From sequence record SRR31156797_967: a stretch of DNA of 20,000 bases; one strand, written 5' to 3'. This document shows positions 1 through 8,661 of the stretch, piece by piece. The notes beneath the pieces were generated by a model. It had not been told where the DNA came from, made no database searches, and worked only from the letters and a program-made list of their open reading frames with translations. The translations under genes were made by a program, and so were the position numbers. Positions within the stretch are counted from its first letter, which is position 1. Each line of letters begins with the position of its first letter.

Positions 1-1180
1 AATTTCCCATACCTAAATCAGCTAATTGTTCTAGTATTTTTACTTTTAGCTGTTCACTTGATTCATGACGAAGCTGAGATATTTGTTTTGCTAGATTTAA
101 TGAATCATCGTACAGCTTGTCTCTTTTGTGCTCTAACTCATCCAGAATTATTTCATGTTCGTCCAATACAAGGAGTCTTTCCTCAATTTGTTTTTTGTAG
201 TCTATTATTTCATTTACATCGGCACCGTATTTTCTAGTAAGCTTCTTAACCTGAGCAAGTCTATTTTCGATCTGTTCTAAATCATTTAAATCAAAATCGA
301 ACTCTCGCTCCAGGTCTCGAATTTCATCGGCAATATCATCAAGCTCCATTGATGTTTCTTCCATTCTTTTTGCCAGCACCTGATATTTTTTGTCCATACC
401 TGCAAGTGATGTGATATTATCTAGTGCAATTTGGATTAAAGATATGATAGATGAATCATCTGCAGTACCGGCAAAAGCATAGTGCGCATTATCAATACAG
501 TTCTTGATATCTTCAGAGTTAATGAGTACTTCCCGCTGCTCACGAAGCAGAGTATCTTCATCAGGAATAAGGGCAGCTTCCTCAATTTCTTTTACCTGAA
601 AAGTATACATCTCTATCTGCCTTTGCCGCTCTAATTCGTTTAGCTGCATGGCTGATATTTCATCTTTAGTTTTTTGGTATTCACTGTATTTTTGATTATA
701 AAGATTTTTTAATTGAGATAATCTTTCACCGCAGTAACCGTCAACCACCACAATATGATTTGCTTCATCTAGTAGTGACTGATGCTGGTGCTGCCCGTGA
801 ATATCAACTAATGAATTTGTTATAGCTTTAAGCTGGGATAGGGTAGACACATGTCCATTAATACGACATACATTACGTCCATTAGCAGACAGCTCCCTTC
901 TGACCACCAGTTCATTGTCATCAGTTTCGAAATATCCCTTTAGAAGTGCTTTAGCCAAAGGTGACTTTGATACATCGAAAATTGCTTCGACAATTGCTTT
1001 GTCTGCACCTGTTCTGATAAGGTTTTTGTCAGCCCGTTCGCCAAGAGCCAAATTAACTGAATCAATGACTATGGATTTACCTGCACCTGTTTCACCTGTT
1101 AATATATTTAAACCTTCGCCTAATTCTATCTTTGCTGATTCAATAACAGCAACATTTTTTATAGACAAATATTGTAGCAT
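1..1180 (-). CDS. recN: DNA repair protein RecN (5' part; runs off window start)
   Basis: Read manually from ATG at 1180: MLQYLSIKNVAVIES...LNILTGETGAGKSIVIDS (Walker A), later LVDIHGQHQHQSLL. SD AAGGGG upstream. Canonical position after argR. Confidence 0.96.
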   Translation of the reverse strand, partial: MLQYLSIKNVAVIESAKIELGEGLNILTGETGAGKSIVIDSVNLALGERADKNLIRTGADKAIVEAIFDVSKSPLAKALLKGYFETDDNELVVRRELSANGRNVCRINGHVSTLSQLKAITNSLVDIHGQHQHQSLLDEANHIVVVDGYCGERLSQLKNLYNQKYSEYQKTKDEISAMQLNELERQRQIEMYTFQVKEIEEAALIPDEDTLLREQREVLINSEDIKNCIDNAHYAFAGTADDSSIISLIQIALDNITSLAGMDKKYQVLAKRMEETSMELDDIADEIRDLEREFDFDLNDLEQIENRLAQVKKLTRKYGADVNEIIDYKKQIEERLLVLDEHEIILDELEHKRDKLYDDSLNLAKQISQLRHESSEQLKVKILEQLADLGMGN

Positions 1181-1231
1181 TATTTATTCCCCTTGTACTG
1201 ATTCTAATATAAATCTATATCCAGTATCACT

Positions 1232-1261
1232 ATTATATCATTTATGAGATTAAATTGCCAA
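1232..1261 (-). promoter_or_regulatory. Putative internal sigma-A promoter for recN
   Basis: Minus strand TTGGCA (1261-1256), 18 nt, TATAAT (1237-1232) with TGn extension; overlaps the end of argR. Confidence 0.5.
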
Positions 1262-1694
1262 GCCTTGCGACCATTTCATCACCGTCTACATCTTCGGCAA
1301 TAATCAGCATTATGCAGTTATCGCCTGCAATTGTGCCTAGAATATCATCCCACTGCAGTGAATCAATAGTTTCTGCTGCAGCGTTGGCACTGCCAGATAG
1401 GGTATTAATAATTATTATATTTTTTGAGCGTTTTATCGATAGTACGGATTCGTAGAAAATACGTAGTTTTCTAGCTGACAGCTTGTCCACAGCCTTGTCA
1501 CTGGTTGCGTACTTGTGGTTGCCTTTTCCATCACCTATTTTGATTAGCTGAAGTTCATTAATGTCTCGGGATATAGTTGCCTGAGTTACATCAAAGCCCA
1601 GCTGGCGCATTTCATTAGCAAGGTCAAACTGAGTGTGAATATCCATCTTTTCAATTGTTTCAAGTATTGCCATTTGTCGTTGATTCTTTGTCAT
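1242..1694 (-). CDS. argR: Arginine repressor ArgR/AhrC
   Basis: VTQATISRDI winged-helix motif and GTIAGDN arginine-binding motif. Start placed at ATG 1694 (MTKNQRQ) behind SD AAAGGA rather than at GTG 1709. Confidence 0.95.
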   Translation of the reverse strand: MTKNQRQMAILETIEKMDIHTQFDLANEMRQLGFDVTQATISRDINELQLIKIGDGKGNHKYATSDKAVDKLSARKLRIFYESVLSIKRSKNIIIINTLSGSANAAAETIDSLQWDDILGTIAGDNCIMLIIAEDVDGDEMVARLGNLIS

Positions 1695-1715
1695 AGTCTT
1701 TCCTTTCACTGTGAG

Positions 1716-2585
1716 CTATTTGATGCTCCAGCTGATAATTTTTTCTCTAAATCTATTAAAATAATCATCGTAACCAATTCTGATAAATTTGGCAGAGAAT
1801 CCTGCCTTTGTTATGCAAACATTGCCTTTCATAGGGACAGGCAGCAGGTGCTGACCGTCGATAGTTATAATCACGTCCTGCAGAAGGTCACTGGCTAGTA
1901 CTTTGATGCATACATCATCGGATACTATCATAGGACGTGTATGAAGAGAATGAGAGCATACAGGGGTTATTAGTATGCAGTTCACGCCAGGTAATACAAT
2001 TGGACCGCCTGCTGACAGGGAATAGGCTGTAGAGCCGATGGGGCTTGCAACAAGTACACCATCAGCGTCAAAGCTATCTAGCAGCTGTTCGTTGACATAA
2101 ACATCCAGCTTGATTATTCTGGCGTGTCCATGTCTTGATATATTAAAATCATTTACTGCCAACAAATCACTTTGAACAATATTGTCATTTTCATCGTGTA
2201 CACTAGCACTAAGAATAATTCTCTCTTCAATGGTAAATTCATTAGCTTTTATTTTATCCACCATATTATCTATATTGCGTTCATCCACTTCAGCAAGAAA
2301 GCCCTTGCGTCCGGCATTAATTCCCACCGTTGGGATACCAGATTTTGCAGAGCTTCTAAGAACAGAAAGTATTGTGCCGTCTCCTCCTATTGTAAATATA
2401 GCGGAGCACTTTTTGCAGAAATTATTTAATTTTTCGCTATCTTTTGTATCATAATTATATACCTCATAACTTAGTGAAGCTTTATCCAAAGCACAAGACA
2501 AGGCAGACAGTATGCTTTCTACTTTTTTCTTTTGCCTTAATGCTACTATTCCGAATGGTTTGTTTTTATCAATATTTCTATCCAT
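1716..2585 (-). CDS. nadK: NAD(+) kinase
   Basis: GGDGT, GINAGRKGFL, ND, DGVLVASPIGSTAYSLSAGGP motifs; synteny tlyA-nadK-argR-recN. Confidence 0.95.
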   Translation of the reverse strand: MDRNIDKNKPFGIVALRQKKKVESILSALSCALDKASLSYEVYNYDTKDSEKLNNFCKKCSAIFTIGGDGTILSVLRSSAKSGIPTVGINAGRKGFLAEVDERNIDNMVDKIKANEFTIEERIILSASVHDENDNIVQSDLLAVNDFNISRHGHARIIKLDVYVNEQLLDSFDADGVLVASPIGSTAYSLSAGGPIVLPGVNCILITPVCSHSLHTRPMIVSDDVCIKVLASDLLQDVIITIDGQHLLPVPMKGNVCITKAGFSAKFIRIGYDDYFNRFREKIISWSIK

Positions 2586-2665
2586 ACAGTTATATTATAC
2601 ATTATATTCTATATTATGAAAACATAAGGTTGAAAAAAAGTATAAAGTTATTAAAAAAAGATTAT

Positions 2666-3475
2666 TTACTGTTTCTTTTCTTTTAATTTGCTATGGGCAT
2701 TATCAACTACCTGATTAATATTTATATTTGACATGGTATCTTTCTTTGAGCAGTATAGCACGAATTCTATATTTCCTTTAGGACCTGTTATTGGGCTAAA
2801 GTCAAGACCAATTGGGTTAAATGAAGTGTTCTCAGTTACAAAGCTAGTAATTTTGCTGATAGTCTCAATGTGTATTTCTTTCTTACGGATTACACCGCCT
2901 TTACCAACCTGCTCTCGTCCGGCTTCAAACTGTGGCTTTATTAGTACGGCAATCTCAGAAACAGAACTAGTGCAGACATCAATTGCTGGGAGTAATTTTG
3001 TCAATGAAATAAAACTAGCATCACATACAGCCAAATCGCAGACTTCGCCTAGTTTTTCTGGAGTCAGATATCTGGCATTTGTACGTTCAAATACAATCAC
3101 TCTATCATCATTGCGCAGTTTCCAGCTAAGCTGTCCATAGCCTACATCTACGCTGTACACTTTAGCTGCACCATTTTGCAGCAAACAATCGGTGAATCCG
3201 CCTGTTGATGCGCCTACATCAAGCACAACTTTTCCTTTTGCATCTAGGTTAAACACTTTTAGAGCTTTTTCTAATTTGTAGCCACCTCGACTTACATACG
3301 GCATTTGCTCCTTGATAACTACTTTATCATTTGTAGTATCTACCGCATATGAAGCTTTATTAATAACACGTTCATTAACTAGTATCTGACCAGCCATTAT
3401 TAATTTTTTTGCCATTTCTCTGGACTGTGTATAACCATTCTCGCTGAGATATTGGTCAAGACGGATTTTCTTCAT
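2666..3475 (-). CDS. tlyA: TlyA family RNA methyltransferase (S4 + FtsJ-like)
   Basis: N-terminal RLD S4 domain; YVSRGGYKL, DVGASTGGFTD, VDVGYGQL, LIKPQFEAG, SPITGPKGNIE motifs. Confidence 0.95.
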   Translation of the reverse strand: MKKIRLDQYLSENGYTQSREMAKKLIMAGQILVNERVINKASYAVDTTNDKVVIKEQMPYVSRGGYKLEKALKVFNLDAKGKVVLDVGASTGGFTDCLLQNGAAKVYSVDVGYGQLSWKLRNDDRVIVFERTNARYLTPEKLGEVCDLAVCDASFISLTKLLPAIDVCTSSVSEIAVLIKPQFEAGREQVGKGGVIRKKEIHIETISKITSFVTENTSFNPIGLDFSPITGPKGNIEFVLYCSKKDTMSNININQVVDNAHSKLKEKKQ

Positions 3476-3495
3476 ATTCTTACCTTTAAAGTATG

Positions 3496-5412
3496 TTACT
3501 TTGCTCGTACTCCAACATCAATTAATTTTGGTACATTGTCTTTTGCAGACGTTTTTACAATCTTTTTTATAACATTGCTTATGCTGTTTGAATCCAGGTA
3601 GTGACATCCATAGAGATATTCTTTATTACCATGAGCTACAAACACATCATCATAACCGAGGCAGATAGTCTCAGCATTTTTGCCCATTAAGTTTAATGTT
3701 TCCAGTATTGCAGAGCCAAATCCACCCTGAAGGAGATTGTCCTCTACGGTAATTATTGTATCATATGTATCTGATATTTTCTCCAAAGTATCCATGTCAA
3801 TAGGCTTAATAGATCGTGCATTGATTACATCTACGAAATTATACATATTATCCTTTTTGATTGCATCCATACATTTTACAAGCATCGAAGAATTGGAAAG
3901 GAGGACAATTCTTTTTTGCTTAGCATTTGTGCAGTACTGCCACTTAAAGATATCGTCCTGCGGATTGTTGTATATATTGTTTTTCGGAAGTTGATTCCCC
4001 AGAAGAACTGCTGTTGGTCTACATGAATTCAATGCTGTCTCAATGGTATTTTTTGCTTCGGCTTCGGTGGCTGGTATTAATACCTCCAGATTAGGTATAT
4101 GCCTGAGGAATGAAATATCATATATACCGTGGTGTGTTTCACCATCATTGCCAACAATTCCGCTATTATACACTATGAAATTAACAGGAAGATTCTGCAG
4201 ACAAACATCATGGACAATCTGGTCATATGATCTTTGTAGGAATGTAGAATACACACAAAAGCATGGTTTCATACCGCCAGCTGCCAGTCCTGCTGCCATT
4301 GTTACTGCGTGACCCTCGGCGATTCCTACATCAAAAAAACGCTTAGGGTGATTTATCTTATAGGATTCCAGCCCGCATCCGCTCTCCATAGCAGCAGTAA
4401 TAACGCAGATTCTTGAGTCCTTTTTTGTCATGTCGGATAATTTTTTACTGACCTCAATTGGCAGATTATATTTGCTTTTAACCTTTTTTTCGCCAGTTTC
4501 AATATCAAATGCTGAAGTTGAGTGATACTTGTCCGGAGACTCGCTGGCAAACTTACATCCTTTTCCTTTTTTTGTTTTAACATGGATAATAACTGGATCA
4601 TCAATTTCCTTGCACTGATTAAGAATTGTAATAAGTTCTTCAATGTCATGACCATCTAGTATACCATAATACTTGAATCCCATTTCTTCAAACAATAGAT
4701 TGTTAACAAACATATATCTGAATGTATCTTTTATTTTATCTAAAAGCTTAAATATAGGTTTACCAATTAGTGGAATTGCTTTTAACAATGAAGAGAAGAG
4801 AGTTTTAGTCTTTACATAGTAATTCTTTGTACGAAGATTAGACAGATACTTACTCATAGCTCCGACATTCTTACTGATGGACATTTCATTGTCGTTAATT
4901 ATAACTATCAGTTTTTCTTTTTGATGTCCTACATCATTAATTGCTTCCCATACCATGCCGCCAGTTAATGCGCCATCACCGATTATAGCAACTACTCTAT
5001 CATCCCTGCCTTGCAGCCGCTGGCTTCTGGCTAGTCCTACAGCAGCAGATATTGATGTGGAAGAGTGCCCGGTGTTAAAGCAGTCGCATTCGCTTTCCTC
5101 TCTTTTTGGGAAACCAGATAATCCATCCTGCTGTCTGATTGTATGGAATTGATCTTTTCTACCTGTTATTATTTTGTGAGTATAGCACTGATGTCCTACA
5201 TCAAAGACTATGGAATCCTTTGGTACATCAAAAACTTTATGGAGTGCCAGAGTAATCTCTACCATTCCTAAGTTTGATGCCAGATGTCCGCCTGTTTCTG
5301 ATAAGGTGCTGATTATTTTATTTCTAATTTCACCTGATAGTTGATTCAGTTCGTCTATATTCAGTTTCTTGATATCTTGTGAATTATTTATGTTATCTAA
5401 TATATTATTCAT
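3496..5412 (-). CDS. dxs: 1-deoxy-D-xylulose-5-phosphate synthase (atypical acceptor site)
   Basis: GGHLASNLG, FDVGHQ, GHSSTS, GDGA...NDN ThDP motif, VGIAEGHA, YSTFLQR, DGETHHG. The DRAG and RYPR motifs are replaced (see findings). Confidence 0.92.
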   Translation of the reverse strand: MNNILDNINNSQDIKKLNIDELNQLSGEIRNKIISTLSETGGHLASNLGMVEITLALHKVFDVPKDSIVFDVGHQCYTHKIITGRKDQFHTIRQQDGLSGFPKREESECDCFNTGHSSTSISAAVGLARSQRLQGRDDRVVAIIGDGALTGGMVWEAINDVGHQKEKLIVIINDNEMSISKNVGAMSKYLSNLRTKNYYVKTKTLFSSLLKAIPLIGKPIFKLLDKIKDTFRYMFVNNLLFEEMGFKYYGILDGHDIEELITILNQCKEIDDPVIIHVKTKKGKGCKFASESPDKYHSTSAFDIETGEKKVKSKYNLPIEVSKKLSDMTKKDSRICVITAAMESGCGLESYKINHPKRFFDVGIAEGHAVTMAAGLAAGGMKPCFCVYSTFLQRSYDQIVHDVCLQNLPVNFIVYNSGIVGNDGETHHGIYDISFLRHIPNLEVLIPATEAEAKNTIETALNSCRPTAVLLGNQLPKNNIYNNPQDDIFKWQYCTNAKQKRIVLLSNSSMLVKCMDAIKKDNMYNFVDVINARSIKPIDMDTLEKISDTYDTIITVEDNLLQGGFGSAILETLNLMGKNAETICLGYDDVFVAHGNKEYLYGCHYLDSNSISNVIKKIVKTSAKDNVPKLIDVGVRAK

Positions 5413-5968
5413 TATCTTTGCTCCATATATTTGTAAACAGATGTATAAATCTGCCTACAGCTAATACTATATTTTTGTTGCCTTTCATTGCCAGCAATTT
5501 TCCTAATGCTTTACCTGATACAGTAATACCTGCTATGATGGCACTGGCTATTACCGAAATGGTTAATGGCTTTAGCGTCTTTGACATTGAAATCAGAGTA
5601 GTTACAATAATAGCACCTGCAGCACCTGAAATGATTCCGCAGATATCGCCTATTACATCATTACATATGTTGGTCACTATTTCGGCTCGCTGCAATAAAA
5701 ACAGCCCTTCCTTTGCTCCTTTAATACGCTTAGAACTCATCGCTACAAATGGAGTTGGATTAGCTGTTGCTATGGCTACACCGATTGTATCAAAAAACAC
5801 GCCTATAAGTATAAATAAAATAAGTGCTAAAAATGCTAAAGGTAATGATAAATTTCTTAGGGAAACCTCAGCTAAGAAGCTCATCACTGTGGCTAGCGCC
5901 AGAGTGATAGCAAATATTTTTACTATCCATACCCAAGGGGGTTTGGATGCTGCATTTTTCTGCTTCAA
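5405..5968 (-). CDS. oapA: OLE-associated membrane protein OapA (DUF21/CNNM-like)
   Basis: About 4 hydrophobic segments; FDTIGVAIATA and CNDVIGDICGIISGA motifs; lies between OLE RNA and dxs. Start is likely TTG 5968 (GGAG 6 nt upstream), alternatively GTG 5980. Overlaps the dxs start by 8 nt. Confidence 0.88.
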   Translation of the reverse strand: MKQKNAASKPPWVWIVKIFAITLALATVMSFLAEVSLRNLSLPLAFLALILFILIGVFFDTIGVAIATANPTPFVAMSSKRIKGAKEGLFLLQRAEIVTNICNDVIGDICGIISGAAGAIIVTTLISMSKTLKPLTISVIASAIIAGITVSGKALGKLLAMKGNKNIVLAVGRFIHLFTNIWSKDNE

Positions 5969-6186
5969 AATTATCTCCACTTGAGTTAACCCATTATTAT
6001 AATGGGAGAAATATTAGGTTTTACCCATATGTACAAATAATATGGAATTACTATACATATTATTAAAACATAAAATCGCAAAACCACGAATTCAAACGTA
6101 ATTAACTTTATAATTGTAAGCTGTCTACACTATATTACATTAAAGAACGTAAAAAGGTAAACTCAATATATTTCAAATAAATTTAT

Positions 6187-6777
6187 GGTGGCAGCATAGT
6201 GGATAAACCTTGCGGCATCAGGTCCAGCAGGCTTTCCCTGCAGAGTACTTCCCGTCACCGGTAAAGTAGTTTCCATTTAAACTTTGCACCAAATTGTTGC
6301 CAAAAATTGGGGCTGGATTACCACTTAGACCACACTATAATCCCCACTATGCCAAATAAATTTCAGTCTAGGAGCTTTCCTCGACAGTTTCACATATCTC
6401 TAGCCTCTATTGCAATATTGGTTTCATTAGGCAATCACTAAATGCACTAGGTACCATTTGTACAGATAGTGTGTTCCGTCTAATCCACCAACCCCACTCA
6501 AGGCAGGCTACACTGCACACAGCTTTCATTCACCGCAATACAGGTTTAATCCCGGCAAGTAATGTTTTATCAAATAACGCACCACTCGTTCAGGTCTCCA
6601 CGAGAGCTGGGTCAAACGCCCGCATGCCGTTGCGGATCGCCCTTCTCTCTTATCTCCCAGCACAAACCCACGACTGGGCGTCGTAAGCAAGCACAAGAAG
6701 CTTCATCGATATGCCCTTTGACGGATTTTTAGCCCCGCCTTCAAGGTATGTGACGCTGACTAGAATACTGCACCACC
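6187..6777 (-). ncRNA. ole: OLE RNA (ornate, large, extremophilic RNA), ~590 nt
   Basis: GC-richer non-coding block in an AT-rich background. Minus-strand 5' end GGTGGTGCAGTATTCTAGTCAG matches my recollection of the OLE 5' consensus. The 5' GGTGG can pair with the 3' CCACC (6187-6191). Internal stem GCATAGTGG/CCACTATGC (~6194/~6343). Length and the downstream oapA-dxs-tlyA-nadK-argR-recN order are diagnostic. Confidence 0.93.
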
Positions 6778-6784
6778 GAAGTAG

Positions 6785-6814
6785 ATTATATCATAAAGAT
6801 ACTGCTTATGTAAA
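6785..6814 (-). promoter_or_regulatory. Sigma-A promoter of ole
   Basis: TTTACA (6814-6809), 18 nt, TATAAT (6790-6785) with TGn extension; 7 nt upstream of the predicted RNA 5' end. Confidence 0.75.
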
Positions 6815-6922
6815 GAAAGTGTAACATTTGGTATTATATTTGAAAAACTTAGTGTAATATTATCGCATATCAAATATAATCGATTTGTTACATATCAAAT
6901 AAAAAATATAAAAACAGGGGAT

Positions 6923-8116
6923 ATGACTATGCAACCCACTTTTGCTTCACAATTCATTCAGTACCTACTTCTAACATTTCAAATATTAGCGATATTTATA
7001 TTACCACAAGTTTTCGTAATTTTGTCAAAAAGAAATAAAATATTTAAATTTTTATCACCTGTATTATTGTGTTATCTTGCAGGAATAATATTCGCAAATA
7101 TACCAATACCTGCACTATGGGACAAAAATCTTTCAATGACAATTTCTGAAATCAGTGTACCTATTGCAATAGCACTTATATTATTTTCAGCTGATCTTGT
7201 CAAGTGGTCTCATTTGATAAAAATGACAAAATCTTTTTTTCTTGTACTGGTATCAGCAACCATTGCTACATCTGTTATGGCAATGATTTATTCTGGTTGG
7301 GTTGATGAAGGGTGGAAAATAGCAGGAATGCTTACCGGATGCTATACAGGAGGAACACCAAATTTGATGGCTGTAGGTACGAGCCTAAAAGTACCCAAAC
7401 CAACAATAGCTCTTGTAAATATGTGTGATATGCTGTGTGGCGGAGTGTACTTTCTATTGATATCATCATTTTTAATAAAAGTATATAGAAGATTCCTTCC
7501 GAAATATGAAAGCTCTGATTTCGACAAATTAGGTCATACAAAAATTATGGCACTTGAAACTATCTTTGATGATGGTGTATTACAGGGGTGGAAGAATATT
7601 GGTTTTGCACTTTTGTTTGCTATTCTTGCAACTGGTGTATCTGTAGGTATAGCATTACTATTTACCGGAGAAATGAATACACTTATTATTATACTTTCTG
7701 TGACAACTATTTCAATTGCTCTGTCCTTCTGGAAGAAATTGAAGAGTTTAAGGGGAACTAATGCAATGGGACAGTATGCAGTATATATTTTCTCCATGGC
7801 TATAGGCGGAGCTGTTGATATTTCTAAGTTCTTTGAATCTTCACCCTTGCTGCTAGGGTATACAGCAAGTATTATGATGAGCGGAATATTGCTTCATTTT
7901 ATACTCTGTAAGATATTCAAAGTAGACGCAGATACAGCTATTATTACTTCGATGGCAGGTGTATATGGACCAGCATTTATTGCACCTGTAGCAGAAGCTA
8001 TGAATAATAAAGAGATTGTAGTAAGTGGTCTTTTAACAGGTATTGTAGGATATGCAGTGGGTAATTACCTAGGTATAGCTATCGCATATCTAACAAAAAT
8101 GTTATTTTATATATAA
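6923..8116 (+). CDS. DUF819-like polytopic membrane protein (putative transporter)
   Basis: 397 aa with about 10-11 hydrophobic segments; YTGGTPN and C-terminal GIVGYAVGNYLG motifs. Start could be ATG 6929. Confidence 0.75.
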   Translation: MTMQPTFASQFIQYLLLTFQILAIFILPQVFVILSKRNKIFKFLSPVLLCYLAGIIFANIPIPALWDKNLSMTISEISVPIAIALILFSADLVKWSHLIKMTKSFFLVLVSATIATSVMAMIYSGWVDEGWKIAGMLTGCYTGGTPNLMAVGTSLKVPKPTIALVNMCDMLCGGVYFLLISSFLIKVYRRFLPKYESSDFDKLGHTKIMALETIFDDGVLQGWKNIGFALLFAILATGVSVGIALLFTGEMNTLIIILSVTTISIALSFWKKLKSLRGTNAMGQYAVYIFSMAIGGAVDISKFFESSPLLLGYTASIMMSGILLHFILCKIFKVDADTAIITSMAGVYGPAFIAPVAEAMNNKEIVVSGLLTGIVGYAVGNYLGIAIAYLTKMLFYI

Positions 8117-8122
8117 ATAAAT

Positions 8123-8160
8123 AGCAAGGCTGTCCATTATGGTGTTGCCTTGCTTTTCTT
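8123..8160. terminator. Probable bidirectional intrinsic terminator
   Basis: AGCAAGGC...GCCTTGCT stem followed by TTTCTT, A-rich on the other side; lies between convergent genes. Confidence 0.7.
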
Positions 8161-8187
8161 ATGACAATCAATATAAATAGATTATAG

Positions 8188-8619
8188 TTATTCATTTGAT
8201 AGGTTAATTGCATAGTTTCTATAGTTAAGATCATCTCTTAAGTCAAATCCAAGGCTTTCCCAGAATCCATTTCCTAATTCATTATCTTTGTAAACGACCA
8301 AAGCAGTTTTGTGGATGCCTTCTTTTTCCAAAGCAAGAAGTGATTCATTTACTAGTGCTTTACCAATGCCCTTTTTCCTATCATCAATACTTACAGCAGC
8401 ATGATAGATATACCCTCTGCGACCATCATGTCCGCATAGTATTGTGCCGTTTATCCTGCCGTCAGTTTCTGATACAAAGCATGTAGTTGGATTGCGTCTT
8501 AGAAATTTATCAATACCTTCTAGTGAATCATCTAAGGTACGCATCCCCATACCTTTAGTGTTATACCATAGTTGATATACTTTGTTATAATCTTCTATTT
8601 TCATTAAGCGAATCGACAT
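8188..8619 (-). CDS. GNAT family N-acetyltransferase (YpeA-like)
   Basis: GHDGRRGYIYH, RKKGIG acetyl-CoA motif A, N..G..FWESLGF; SD AAGGGGG. Confidence 0.88.
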   Translation of the reverse strand: MSIRLMKIEDYNKVYQLWYNTKGMGMRTLDDSLEGIDKFLRRNPTTCFVSETDGRINGTILCGHDGRRGYIYHAAVSIDDRKKGIGKALVNESLLALEKEGIHKTALVVYKDNELGNGFWESLGFDLRDDLNYRNYAINLSNE

Positions 8620-8661
8620 GTGTTTTCCCCCTTAATATATCATACAAATTTTTTTTCACAT

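Noticed and set aside
1195-1228. LexA/SOS box upstream of recN (TACTG...CAGTA)
   Set aside because: Spacing is far longer than CTG-N10-CAG, and it does not match the Firmicute GAAC-N4-GTTC box.
3496-4170. dxs as a frameshifted pseudogene
   Set aside because: The ORF is continuous and full length (638 aa), and the missing DRAG/RYPR motifs do not appear in the other frames at those positions.
915-5152. Short plus-strand ORFs (915-1247, 1255-1455, 1635-1898, 2172-2429, 2182-2454, 2444-2686, 2733-3140, 3737-3994, 4043-4312, 4955-5152) and the alternative-frame ORF 4428-4655
   Set aside because: All overlap well-supported housekeeping genes, antisense or out of frame.
5379-5984. 201-aa plus-strand ORF
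   Set aside because: Antisense shadow of oapA.
6471-6686. 71-aa plus-strand ORF
   Set aside because: Antisense to OLE RNA, no SD, no recognisable protein features.
6187-6777. RNase P RNA, tmRNA or group II intron as the identity of the structured block
   Set aside because: The partial resemblance GAGGAAAGCTCC is present on the minus strand, but I found no RNase P 3' motif, tmRNA ends or intron-encoded protein. Length, 5' sequence and oapA-dxs synteny fit OLE.
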